From positions 610 through 64,609 of the forward strand of contig DATIWF010000068.1 of assembly GCA_035519535.1 (NCBI GenBank): a stretch of DNA of 64,000 bases, written 5' to 3'. Every line of letters starts with the position of its first letter. The stretch's first letter is position 1. This DNA is from Vicinamibacterales bacterium. GTDB taxonomy: Bacteria > Acidobacteriota > Vicinamibacteria > Vicinamibacterales > SCN-69-37. Of this stretch, positions 37,428 through 45,681 are shown in pieces. Under the pieces are notes generated by a model that was not told the origin of the DNA, did no database searches, and saw only the letters and a list, made by a program, of their open reading frames with translations. A program made the position numbers and the translations under genes.

Positions 37428-38930
37428 ATGAGCAGTGCCGCCACGCCGCCTCGCGCCGAAGCTGCGATTCCGACGTTCACGCAAGTCCTCGGGCATCCCT
37501 CGCCCCTGTGGATGCTCTTCATGTCGGAGTTCTGGGAGCGGTTCGCCTTCTACGGCATCCGCTGGGCGCTCGTGCTGTACATCGTCGCGCAGTTCCACGG
37601 CGGCTCGTCCACGGGCCAGGCCGACGCGAACCGCACGTACGGCGCGTACCTCGCCCTCGTCTATGCCGCGGCGATCTTCGGCGGCTACATCGCCGACAAG
37701 ATCCTCGGCTATCAACGGTCGATCCTGACGGGCGCCGTGTTCATGGCCGCGGGGCTGTTCATGATCTCGCTGCCGGACGCGAGCGTCTTCAAGCTCGGTC
37801 TGGCCACGATCATCGTCGGCAACGGCATGTTCAAGCCGATCATCTCGACGATCGTCGGCAAGCTGTACGCCGTCGGCGACGAGCGCCGCGACAGCGGCTT
37901 CACGATTTTCTACATGGGCATCAACGCCGGCGCGTTCGCGGCCCCGATCGTGACCCAGTGGCTCGCACAATCGGTGTTCGGCAGCGACGCCGCGCCCGCG
38001 TACAAGGTCGTCTTCATCGCGTCGGGCGTGGGGATGCTCGTCAGCCTCGTCTGGTTCTACATCGGCCGCGCCCGGCTCCAGGGCATCGGCGCACCGGCGC
38101 CCGACAAGGCCGGCCTGCAGTCGATCGTGCTGGTCGCGATTGGCGCCCTCGCGATGATCCCCGGCTACTACTTCCTGCTGGCGGCCGGGGCGCAGATCAT
38201 TCAGTACGCGCTGACGGTGCTGTTCATCGTGCTCGCGGTGATGCTGGTGGTGGAGGGCGTGCGCGAGGGGCACGTCGCGCGCGACAAGGTCATCGCGATG
38301 ATGCTCATCTTCACGTTCAACATCCTGTTCTGGATGTTCTTCGAGCAGGCGGGCAGCTCGTTCACCTTCCTCGCCGACGAGATCGTGAACCGCAACCTCG
38401 GGGGCTGGGTCTTCCCCACCGCGTGGTTCCAGAGCGTGAACTCGGTCGCGATCATCGTGCTGGCGCCGATCATCGCCTGGATCTGGGTGCGGATGGGCAG
38501 CGCCAATCCGTCCATCCCCCGCAAGTTCGGGCTGGGGTTGATCTTCAACGGCCTGGCGTTCCTGCTGCTCATGTATGCGCTGTCGAGCCTCGTCAGCGCC
38601 GACAACAAGATCCCGTTCTGGACGCTGACCGCCGTGTACTGGATCCAGTCGGTCGGCGAGTTGTGCCTCTCGCCGATCGGGCTGTCGATGGTGACCAAGC
38701 TCGCGCCGGTCCGGCTCGTCGGCCTCGGCATGGGCGGCTGGTTCCTGTCGACCGGGATCGGCAACAACCTGGCCGGGATCTTCGCCAGCTCGGTCAGCGG
38801 CGAAAGCGGCATGACGACGACGTCGGCGCTGAGCGGCTACACGTTCGGCTTCTGGACGCTGGTCGGCGCGGGCGTGGTGCTGTTCCTCGCCGCGCCGCTC
38901 GTCACGAAGCTCATGCACGGCGTGAAGTGA
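37428..38930 (+). CDS. POT/PTR2 family proton-dependent di/tripeptide transporter
   Basis: FWERFAFYGIRWALVLY and GGYIADKILG PTR2 motifs. About 14 TM helices. GGAGGG SD. Confidence 0.9.
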   Translation: MSSAATPPRAEAAIPTFTQVLGHPSPLWMLFMSEFWERFAFYGIRWALVLYIVAQFHGGSSTGQADANRTYGAYLALVYAAAIFGGYIADKILGYQRSILTGAVFMAAGLFMISLPDASVFKLGLATIIVGNGMFKPIISTIVGKLYAVGDERRDSGFTIFYMGINAGAFAAPIVTQWLAQSVFGSDAAPAYKVVFIASGVGMLVSLVWFYIGRARLQGIGAPAPDKAGLQSIVLVAIGALAMIPGYYFLLAAGAQIIQYALTVLFIVLAVMLVVEGVREGHVARDKVIAMMLIFTFNILFWMFFEQAGSSFTFLADEIVNRNLGGWVFPTAWFQSVNSVAIIVLAPIIAWIWVRMGSANPSIPRKFGLGLIFNGLAFLLLMYALSSLVSADNKIPFWTLTAVYWIQSVGELCLSPIGLSMVTKLAPVRLVGLGMGGWFLSTGIGNNLAGIFASSVSGESGMTTTSALSGYTFGFWTLVGAGVVLFLAAPLVTKLMHGVK

Positions 38931-38933
38931 GCC

Positions 38934-38985
38934 ATACACCGGGAGTGTTCTTGCGAAATTCAAAAATACTCCCGGTGTATTTTTT
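38934..38985 (+). terminator. palindromic element related to 37005-37046, followed by a T tract (possible intrinsic terminator of the yggX-POT unit)
   Basis: ATACACCGGGAGT (38934-38946) pairs with ACTCCCGGTGTAT (38968-38980), then TTTTT. The loop is long (21 nt), so terminator function is uncertain. Confidence 0.4.
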
Positions 38986-38990
38986 CTGAC

Positions 38991-39719
38991 ATGGCCCTCG
39001 ACGAATATCGCCGCAAGCGCGACTTCGACAAGTCGCCCGAGCCCCGGGGCCGCTCGAAGAAGTCGCCGGCGCCGCGGAAAAAGGGCGCGCGGTACTTCTG
39101 CGTGCAGAAGCACCTCGCGAGCCACCTCCACTACGATTTCCGCCTCGAGCACCGCGGCGTCCTGCTGTCCTGGGCCGTGCCCAAGGGACCGTCGCTCGAC
39201 CCCAAGGTCAAGCGGCTCGCGATGCAGGTCGAGGATCATCCCATCGAATACGGCTCGTTCGAGGGCGTGATTCCCGAAGGCTACGGCGCGGGCATCGTGA
39301 TGCTCTGGGACCGCGGGACGTGGACGCCGGCCAACGAGGACGTCGACGCCGCGCTCGCGAAGGGCGACATGAAGTTCACGCTCGACGGCTACAAGCTCAA
39401 GGGCGAGTGGGCGCTCGTGCGGACGCGCGGCTACGGCGGCGACCGGGGCGAGGGCAAGAGCTGGCTGCTCATCAAGCACCGCGACGAGTGGTCGGGCGAC
39501 TTGGACATCGCGACCTTCGCGCCCCTCAGCGTCAAGAGCGGCGAGGATTTCCACGAGATCCTCGCCGACGACCACCCGGCCATCTGGCAGACCAACCGGC
39601 CGGCCGGGGGCGCAACCGGTGCTATGCTTCGTGAGGTCATCGAAAAAGCCGCGGCGCTCCGGGCCGAGCGGAACCGGCCTGCGCGCGGCACGAAGAAGGC
39701 CCGCCGGAGGAACGCTTAG
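38991..39719 (+). CDS. stand-alone DNA ligase D 3'-phosphoesterase (LigD PE) domain protein
   Basis: Y-RKRDF-KSPEP..., [51 protein letters not shown]: classic LigD_PE motifs. No ligase, polymerase or Ku is nearby. Confidence 0.8.
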   Translation: [242 protein letters not shown]

Positions 39720-39734
39720 GACTCAGGAGACTGT

Positions 39735-40175
39735 ATGAAGCACAGGATGCTACTCGGTGCCTTGACGCTCATCGCCGCGGCGGCCCTTTCGGCCGGCACG
39801 GCCGCACAGCAGCAGTCCACGCCGCCCGCGCAGACGCCCGCGCCCGAGCAGAAGCCCGACGCGAAAACCCCGCCCACCGTGGCCGGCAAGTGGGACGGAT
39901 CGATCGACTCCGATCAGGGGACGATGCAGGTGTTCATCGAGATGAAACTCGACGGCAAGAAGGTCTCCGGCACGATCGCGGGCCCGCAGGGAACCTACCC
40001 GATCGAGGGCGAGTACGCCGACAACAAGCTGTCGTTCAGCGTGTCGGTCGACGGCGGCGGCGGCTCGATGCAGGTCTACTTCACCGGCGCGTTGAAGGAC
40101 GACGGCTCGCTCGCCGGCACGTTGGATTTCGGTCAGGGCCAGGTGCCCTGGCATGCCACGCGCTCGAAGGGCTAG
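39735..40175 (+). CDS. small secreted hypothetical protein (paralog 1)
   Basis: GGAG SD, signal peptide, Pro/Gln-rich linker. Core GKW...DG-KVSGT...P-EGEY-DNKLSF...F-G-L-DDGSL-GT...W-A-RSKG. Confidence 0.6.
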   Translation: MKHRMLLGALTLIAAAALSAGTAAQQQSTPPAQTPAPEQKPDAKTPPTVAGKWDGSIDSDQGTMQVFIEMKLDGKKVSGTIAGPQGTYPIEGEYADNKLSFSVSVDGGGGSMQVYFTGALKDDGSLAGTLDFGQGQVPWHATRSKG

Positions 40176-40179
40176 CACC

Positions 40180-40593
40180 ATGCGCGCTCGAACGATCCTA
40201 GCGAGTCTCCTGCTCGTCGCGGCGTCGCTCGTGGCCTTGGCGCAAACGCCGACCCCGACGCCGACGCCCGCCAAGCCGATCAACATCGCCGGGAAGTGGG
40301 CGATGACGCTCGATCTGTCGATCGGACAGGCGACGCCTGCGCTGGACCTGAAGCAGGACGGCGAGAAAGTCACCGGCACGTACACGGGCCGCTACGGCAC
40401 GTTCCCGCTGCAGGGGACGCTCAAGGGCCGCGCCCTGGAGTTCTCGTTCCAGATGAACGCCGAGGGCCAGGACGTCACGATGTCGTTCAGCGGCGAGGTC
40501 GCGGTCGACGGCGAGTCGATGAAAGGTACGGCCACGATCGAGGGGCTGGGCGACGCGACGTGGACGGCGAAGCGAGACAAGGGCTCGTCCTGA
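40180..40593 (+). CDS. small secreted hypothetical protein (paralog 2)
   Basis: In-frame ATG 4 nt after the previous stop. Same core pattern (GKW..., DGEKVTGTY, LQGTLKGRALEF, F-GEVAVDGESMKGT, W-AKRDKG). Confidence 0.6.
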   Translation: MRARTILASLLLVAASLVALAQTPTPTPTPAKPINIAGKWAMTLDLSIGQATPALDLKQDGEKVTGTYTGRYGTFPLQGTLKGRALEFSFQMNAEGQDVTMSFSGEVAVDGESMKGTATIEGLGDATWTAKRDKGSS

Positions 40594-40594
40594 T

Positions 40595-41566
40595 CTATTT
40601 CTTCATCAGCAGCTGATCCGACAGTACCGCCCAGATGGCCGCGCGCAGCCGGCGACGGTCGTGCCGCGCGATGGGGCGGCGCCAGAACGTGCCTTCGACG
40701 ACCTGACACGAGGACGGGACGTGGCCGAGCGCGAGCGGCGCCTTGTGCTCGCGAGCGTAGCGCGCGAGGACCTCGTCGCTCGGCGCGCCCACGTTGAAGA
40801 CGAGGACGTCGATCGGCCGCCCGATGGTCTCAGACAGGCGCGTCACCGCGTCGCCCGCGGTGAACCCGGACATTCCCCGGCCCTCCGTGAGCAGATTCGC
40901 GACGCAGATCACCGGTCCCCGCACCGCGGCCAGCGCGTCGCGCACGCCGTTCACCAGCAGGATCGGGAGCAGACTCGTGTAGAAGCTGCCCGGACCGATG
41001 ATGACGGCGTCGAGCGAGCGGATGACGTCGGCGACCCGCGGATGCACGGAGACCGGCGGGTCGATCCACACCCGGCGAATCGCGAGGCCGCCGGCCTGAC
41101 CCGCGTCGACCTCGACCTCACCGCGCGTCGTCGATCCGTCGGCGTACTCGGCACAAAGCGAGGCGCGCTCGACGGTCACGGGCCAGACGTGGCCGCGGCA
41201 GCCGAGCAGCGCACGCAGGCCGTCGACCGCGACCAGGAAGTCGCCCGTGTACTGCTCCATCATCGAGAGCAGGAGGTTGCCGCCGGTGTGGCCGGCGAGC
41301 CGGCCGTGCTCGAACATCGGCAGCCGGGCGAGGAGGATGGCGCGCGCCTCACGCTCGTTGCGCGCGAGCGCCAGCGCGCAGCGCAGCACGTCGCCCGGCG
41401 GCAGGACCCCGAGCTCATCGCGCAGCTGGCCGGACGAGCCGCCGCTGTCGAACATCGTCACGACGGCGTGGAGGTCCGCCCACGGGTTCTGTTTGAGGCC
41501 GCCCAGCAGACTCGGCAGGCCCGTCCCGCCGCCGAAACAGCCGACCTTCAACACGCGCAGGCGCAC
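40595..41566 (-). CDS. yvcK: YvcK/CofD-like (UPF0052) gluconeogenesis-factor family protein
   Basis: GGGTGLPSLLGGLK N-terminal motif, TMFDSGGSSGQLR, IIGPGSFYTSLLP: hallmark YvcK blocks. Confidence 0.85.
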   Translation of the reverse strand: MRLRVLKVGCFGGGTGLPSLLGGLKQNPWADLHAVVTMFDSGGSSGQLRDELGVLPPGDVLRCALALARNEREARAILLARLPMFEHGRLAGHTGGNLLLSMMEQYTGDFLVAVDGLRALLGCRGHVWPVTVERASLCAEYADGSTTRGEVEVDAGQAGGLAIRRVWIDPPVSVHPRVADVIRSLDAVIIGPGSFYTSLLPILLVNGVRDALAAVRGPVICVANLLTEGRGMSGFTAGDAVTRLSETIGRPIDVLVFNVGAPSDEVLARYAREHKAPLALGHVPSSCQVVEGTFWRRPIARHDRRRLRAAIWAVLSDQLLMKK

Positions 41567-41585
41567 AAGCTATTCTATCGGACGC

Positions 41586-42281
41586 ATGACGCCGCTTGAG
41601 TTGTCCGGGTCGTCACGGCGTGCCTTCGCGCGGCTCGCCGCGGACCTGACGCGCATCTTCGGCGATCGGCTCGTCGCGCTCGTCGCGTACGGACCGGGGT
41701 CGAGCGTGGCTTTCGTACGGACGCTCGCGGCCGATGATCTGGACGCGTGCGCGACGCTCGCCGACGCGTGGCGTCGCGACGGCCTGGCGGCGCCGCTCCT
41801 GATGACGCCTGACGAGTTCCGCCGGTCGCTGGACACGTTTCCGCTCGAGTACTCCGCGATCCTCGACAGCCACGTGGTGATCGCGGGGCACGATCCGTTC
41901 GCCGGCGTCGAGATCAAGCGCGAGGACCTCCGACGGGCGTGCGAGGTCCAGGCGCGCGGGCTGCTCATCCACCTGCGGCAGGGCTGGCTCGAAGCCGGCG
42001 GCCACGCGCATCGCGTCGAGGAACTCGTCGAGCACTCCGCCGCGCCGCTCCGTCGCCTGCTCACGCACGTGGCGGCACTCGAGGGCGAGCGGGCGCACGA
42101 CACGGCCGGCCTCGCGGCGTTTGCGGCCAGGCGGCTGGCGCTTCCTGCCGACCTCGTGGCGGCGGTCCTCGCGCTCGAGACGGCGCCCGAGCGGCGGCGC
42201 GAGGTCGTGCGGCGGCTCTCCGAGTATCTCGCCGCGGCGGAGCGCTTGTGGTCGTTCGTCGACGCGTGGCGGACGCCGTGA
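41586..42281 (+). CDS. hypothetical protein, degenerate nucleotidyltransferase-fold-like
   Basis: In-frame ATG. LVALVAYGPGSS ... PLLMTPDEFRRSLDTFPLEYSAILDSHVVIAGHDPF resembles an uncharacterised NTase-like family. Weak call. Confidence 0.5.
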   Translation: MTPLELSGSSRRAFARLAADLTRIFGDRLVALVAYGPGSSVAFVRTLAADDLDACATLADAWRRDGLAAPLLMTPDEFRRSLDTFPLEYSAILDSHVVIAGHDPFAGVEIKREDLRRACEVQARGLLIHLRQGWLEAGGHAHRVEELVEHSAAPLRRLLTHVAALEGERAHDTAGLAAFAARRLALPADLVAAVLALETAPERRREVVRRLSEYLAAAERLWSFVDAWRTP

Positions 42282-43063
42282 CGCGGGTCGCACCGATCGC
42301 GAGCCTGCTGCTGGCGCTCGCGGCGGCTTCACCGGTCCGGGGCCAGGACCTGCCGCGGCTCACCTCGCCGGTCAACGACTTCGCGCACGTCATCGACCGC
42401 GACAGCGCGGAGGCGCTCGACCGTCACATCCGCGCCCTCCAAACCGCCAGCCACGACACCGTCGTCGTCGTCACGGTGAACTCGTTCGCGCCGTACGGGT
42501 CGATCGAGGACTACGCGGTGCACCTGTTCGAGCGCGCCGGTATCGGCCAGAAGGGCCAGGACAACGGCGTGCTCATCGTCCTCGCCGTGTCCGAGCGGCG
42601 CGTGCGCATCGAGGTCGGCTACGGCCTCGAGGAATTCATCACCGACGGTTTCTCCGGCGACACGATTCGACAGCAGATGCTGCCCGAGTTTCGCGCGGGG
42701 CGCTACGGCCCGGGGCTGCTCGCGGGCACGGACCGCGTCATTCAGCGAATCGCTGAAAAGCGCGGCGTCACGCTCCAGGACGTGCCCACGGTGACGTCGC
42801 GCGAGCGCGAGCCGTCGTTCCACATTCCGCCGATCGTGATCGTCATTCTGATCATCGTCATCCTGCAGATCATCCGCCGGAGCTCGGGCCCGCCGTTCGT
42901 GGGCCGGCGCCGCTGGGGCGGGCCGTGGAGCGGATGGTCGGGCGGTCTCGGCGGATTTGGCGGCGGCGGATTCGGCGGGGGCGGGTTCGGGGGCGGCGGA
43001 GGCGGGTTCGGAGGGTTTGGCGGCGGCAGCAGCGGCGGCGGGGGCGCGTCGGGCGGGTGGTAG
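42278..43063 (+). CDS. TPM domain protein (YgcG-like) with TM helix and Gly/Phe-rich tail
   Basis: GTG overlaps the upstream stop (GTGA). VNDFAHVI...VVVVTVNS..., NGVLIVLAVSERRVRIEVGYGLE TPM motifs. TM helix IPPIVIVILIIVILQII. (GGF)n C-terminus. Confidence 0.85.
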   Translation: MTRVAPIASLLLALAAASPVRGQDLPRLTSPVNDFAHVIDRDSAEALDRHIRALQTASHDTVVVVTVNSFAPYGSIEDYAVHLFERAGIGQKGQDNGVLIVLAVSERRVRIEVGYGLEEFITDGFSGDTIRQQMLPEFRAGRYGPGLLAGTDRVIQRIAEKRGVTLQDVPTVTSREREPSFHIPPIVIVILIIVILQIIRRSSGPPFVGRRRWGGPWSGWSGGLGGFGGGGFGGGGFGGGGGGFGGFGGGSSGGGGASGGW

Positions 43064-43109
43064 CGCCGCGCGAGCCGCCGCAGTACAGTGACTAGGCAGG
43101 AGCACGACG

Positions 43110-43691
43110 ATGACACAGCGGTGGACACAACGCGTCCTGGGGCTCGCGCTCATGACCGGCACGGTCTGGTTCGGCGCCGGCTGTTCCTACAACAAGTTCA
43201 CGGCGCAGGAAGAGGCCATCAAGGCGCAGTGGGGCCAGGTCGAGAATCAACTGCAGCGCCGCAACGATCTGATCCCGAACCTGGTGCAGACCGTCAAGGG
43301 CTACGCGCAGCAGGAGCAGACGGTCTTCCAGGCGATCGCCGACGCGCGCGCGAAGATGGCGGGCGCGCAGACGCCGGCCGACAAGATCGCCGCGGCCAAC
43401 GCCGAATCGAGCGCGCTCTCGCGCCTGCTCGTCGTCGTCGAGAACTATCCGCAGCTCAAGTCGGACGCCGAGTTCGCGCGGTTGATGGACGAGCTCGCGG
43501 GCACCGAGAATCGCCTTGCGCAGGAGCGCATGCGCTACAACGAGAAAGTCCAGGAGTACAACACGGCGCGCCGCCAGTTCCCGGCGAACGTGACGGCCAA
43601 GATGTTCGGCTTCAAGGAATATCCGTACTTCGAGGCGCCGGCCGACGCGAAGGCCGTCCCGAAGGTGGATTTCGGGCGCGGCCGGCAGTAG
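43110..43691 (+). CDS. lemA: LemA family protein
   Basis: N-terminal anchor/lipobox (GAGCSYN), QWGQVENQLQRRNDLIPNLV, ENYPQLKSD, RYNEKVQEYNT: canonical LemA blocks. Confidence 0.9.
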   Translation: MTQRWTQRVLGLALMTGTVWFGAGCSYNKFTAQEEAIKAQWGQVENQLQRRNDLIPNLVQTVKGYAQQEQTVFQAIADARAKMAGAQTPADKIAAANAESSALSRLLVVVENYPQLKSDAEFARLMDELAGTENRLAQERMRYNEKVQEYNTARRQFPANVTAKMFGFKEYPYFEAPADAKAVPKVDFGRGRQ

Positions 43692-43711
43692 GCGCGCGCC
43701 GCGCGCGGCCC

Positions 43712-44212
43712 ATGACGCTCAAGGACTGGCTGCTGCCGGAGTTCGATCACGAGATGGCGATCACACGTCGCCTGCTCGAGCGCGTGCCGGACGCGGCGTT
43801 CGACTGGAAGCCGCACGACAAGGCCTTCGGCCTGGGCAGCCTGGCGACGCATATCGCCGTGCTGCCGCACTGGGGCCTGGCGATCCTCAATCACGACAAG
43901 CACGACATGCCCGGGACCAACGGCCAGTCCACGCCGGCGCGCGCGACACGCGCGGACGTGCTCGACCTCTTCGATCGACACGTGGCGGAAGTGCGACGCG
44001 GGCTGGTCAACTGCAACGACGCCGACCTCGCCGCCCCATGGACGCTCACGCAGAGCGGGCGGGTCGTGATGTCGATGCCGCGCGCCTCGGCCTTTCGCAG
44101 CTTTCTCCTCAGCCACGTCATCCATCATCGCGGACAGCTGAGCATCTACCTCCGCATGCAGAACGTGCCGCTCCCGCCGATTTACGGCCCCTCGGCCGAC
44201 GAGACGATGTGA
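43712..44212 (+). CDS. DinB family (four-helix bundle) protein
   Basis: In-frame ATG. H...H...HHRGQL pattern (LATHIAVLPHW, VIHHRGQLSIYLR). Confidence 0.8.
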   Translation: MTLKDWLLPEFDHEMAITRRLLERVPDAAFDWKPHDKAFGLGSLATHIAVLPHWGLAILNHDKHDMPGTNGQSTPARATRADVLDLFDRHVAEVRRGLVNCNDADLAAPWTLTQSGRVVMSMPRASAFRSFLLSHVIHHRGQLSIYLRMQNVPLPPIYGPSADETM

Positions 44213-45681
44213 AGGGCTGGATTGCGCTGGCGGCGTCGGCCGTCGTCTTCGGCCTCGTCGCCACGGCCAACTCGGGCGGGTATCGCTTCGGCATTTCCGA
44301 TCAGGCGTACTACGAGCCGGCGGTCGCGAAGCTGGTCGACCCGACGCTGTTCCCGCGCGACACGGCGCTGCTCGACGTGCAGTCGAAGTTCCTCGGATCG
44401 GTCCATCTGCTCGCCGGCATCGCGCGCGCGACGGGCGCGGACCTGCCGGCGGTCTTCGGGGTGACGTACGTCGTGACGACCGCGGGCCTGTTCGCCGCCT
44501 CGCTGGTGCTCGCGCGGCGGCTCGGACTGTCCTGGTGGGCGGCGGCGGGTTTCCTGGTCCTGCTGACGCTCCGTCATCGGATTGCCAAGACCGGCGCCAA
44601 TTCCCTCGAGGGCTACATGCACCCGCGCATGATCGCGTTCGTGTGCGGTGTCGCCGCGTGTGCCGTGTGTCTGCGCGGCCGGGTGGCCTGGGCGGCCGGC
44701 TGGACGGCGCTCGCTGGAGTCATGCATCCCACGACCGCCCTGTGGTTTGCGATCGTCGTGTCGGCGGCGACGTTCGTCGCACGGCCGGCCTGGCGGCGTC
44801 CGATCATCCTGACGCTGGCGGTCGGCCTCGCCGGCGGGATCTGGCTGCTCGTGACGGGGCCGCTGGCCGGACGCGCGCGCATCATGGACGCCGACTGGCT
44901 CGGCGTCCTCGCCGACAAGGACTACCTCTTCCCCACCGGGTGGCCCGCTTACGCGTGGCTGCTCAATCTCGCGTACCCGGCGGTGATTGGGCTCATCTAC
45001 CGGCAGCGGCGGCGCGACGGCGCGCTCGTCGCCGGCGAGGACGCGCTCGTCGCCGGCGTGCTCGCGCTCGTCGCCGTGTTTCTCGCATCCGTGCCCCTGA
45101 CGATGGCGCGGCTCGCGCTGGCCGTGCAGCTGCAGATCAACCGCGTGTTCTGGCTGGCGGATTTCTTCGCGATCGCGTACGTCGCGTGGTGGCTGATCGA
45201 CCGGCGACCGAGCCCGCGCGTGCGCGCGGCGATCGTCGCCGCCCTGGCCGTGGCCGCGTCGGCGCGCGGCGCGTACGTGCTGCGCGTCGAAGCCGACCGG
45301 CAGCTCGTGCAGATCGATCTGCCCGCCACGACGTGGGTGCAGGCCCTCGCGTGGCTCCGGACGCAGCCGGCCGCGTGGCAGGTGCTGGCCGACCCCGGCC
45401 ACGCGTGGAAGTACGGCCTCAGCGTGCGCGTCGGGGCCCACCGCGACACGTGGCTCGAGCTGGGCAAGGATGCGTCGATGGCGATGTACGATCGCGACGT
45501 GGCGATGCGGGTGCGCGAGCGCGCCGCGGCGCTCGGCGACTTCGCGGGCATGGATGCCGCCGCGCTGCGCGCGCTGGCCGCGCGCGCCCATCTCGACGTG
45601 CTCGTCGACCAGCGCACCCGGCCGCTGGATCTGCCGGTGCTGTACCGCAACGCCGACTTCGTCGTCTACGACCTCCGATGA
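44209..45681 (+). CDS. polytopic membrane protein, possibly GT-C-like, with C-terminal soluble domain
   Basis: GTG overlaps the DinB stop (ATGTGA). About 10-11 hydrophobic helices followed by ~130 aa of soluble tail. No motif identified securely. Confidence 0.55.
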   Translation: MKGWIALAASAVVFGLVATANSGGYRFGISDQAYYEPAVAKLVDPTLFPRDTALLDVQSKFLGSVHLLAGIARATGADLPAVFGVTYVVTTAGLFAASLVLARRLGLSWWAAAGFLVLLTLRHRIAKTGANSLEGYMHPRMIAFVCGVAACAVCLRGRVAWAAGWTALAGVMHPTTALWFAIVVSAATFVARPAWRRPIILTLAVGLAGGIWLLVTGPLAGRARIMDADWLGVLADKDYLFPTGWPAYAWLLNLAYPAVIGLIYRQRRRDGALVAGEDALVAGVLALVAVFLASVPLTMARLALAVQLQINRVFWLADFFAIAYVAWWLIDRRPSPRVRAAIVAALAVAASARGAYVLRVEADRQLVQIDLPATTWVQALAWLRTQPAAWQVLADPGHAWKYGLSVRVGAHRDTWLELGKDASMAMYDRDVAMRVRERAAALGDFAGMDAAALRALAARAHLDVLVDQRTRPLDLPVLYRNADFVVYDLR

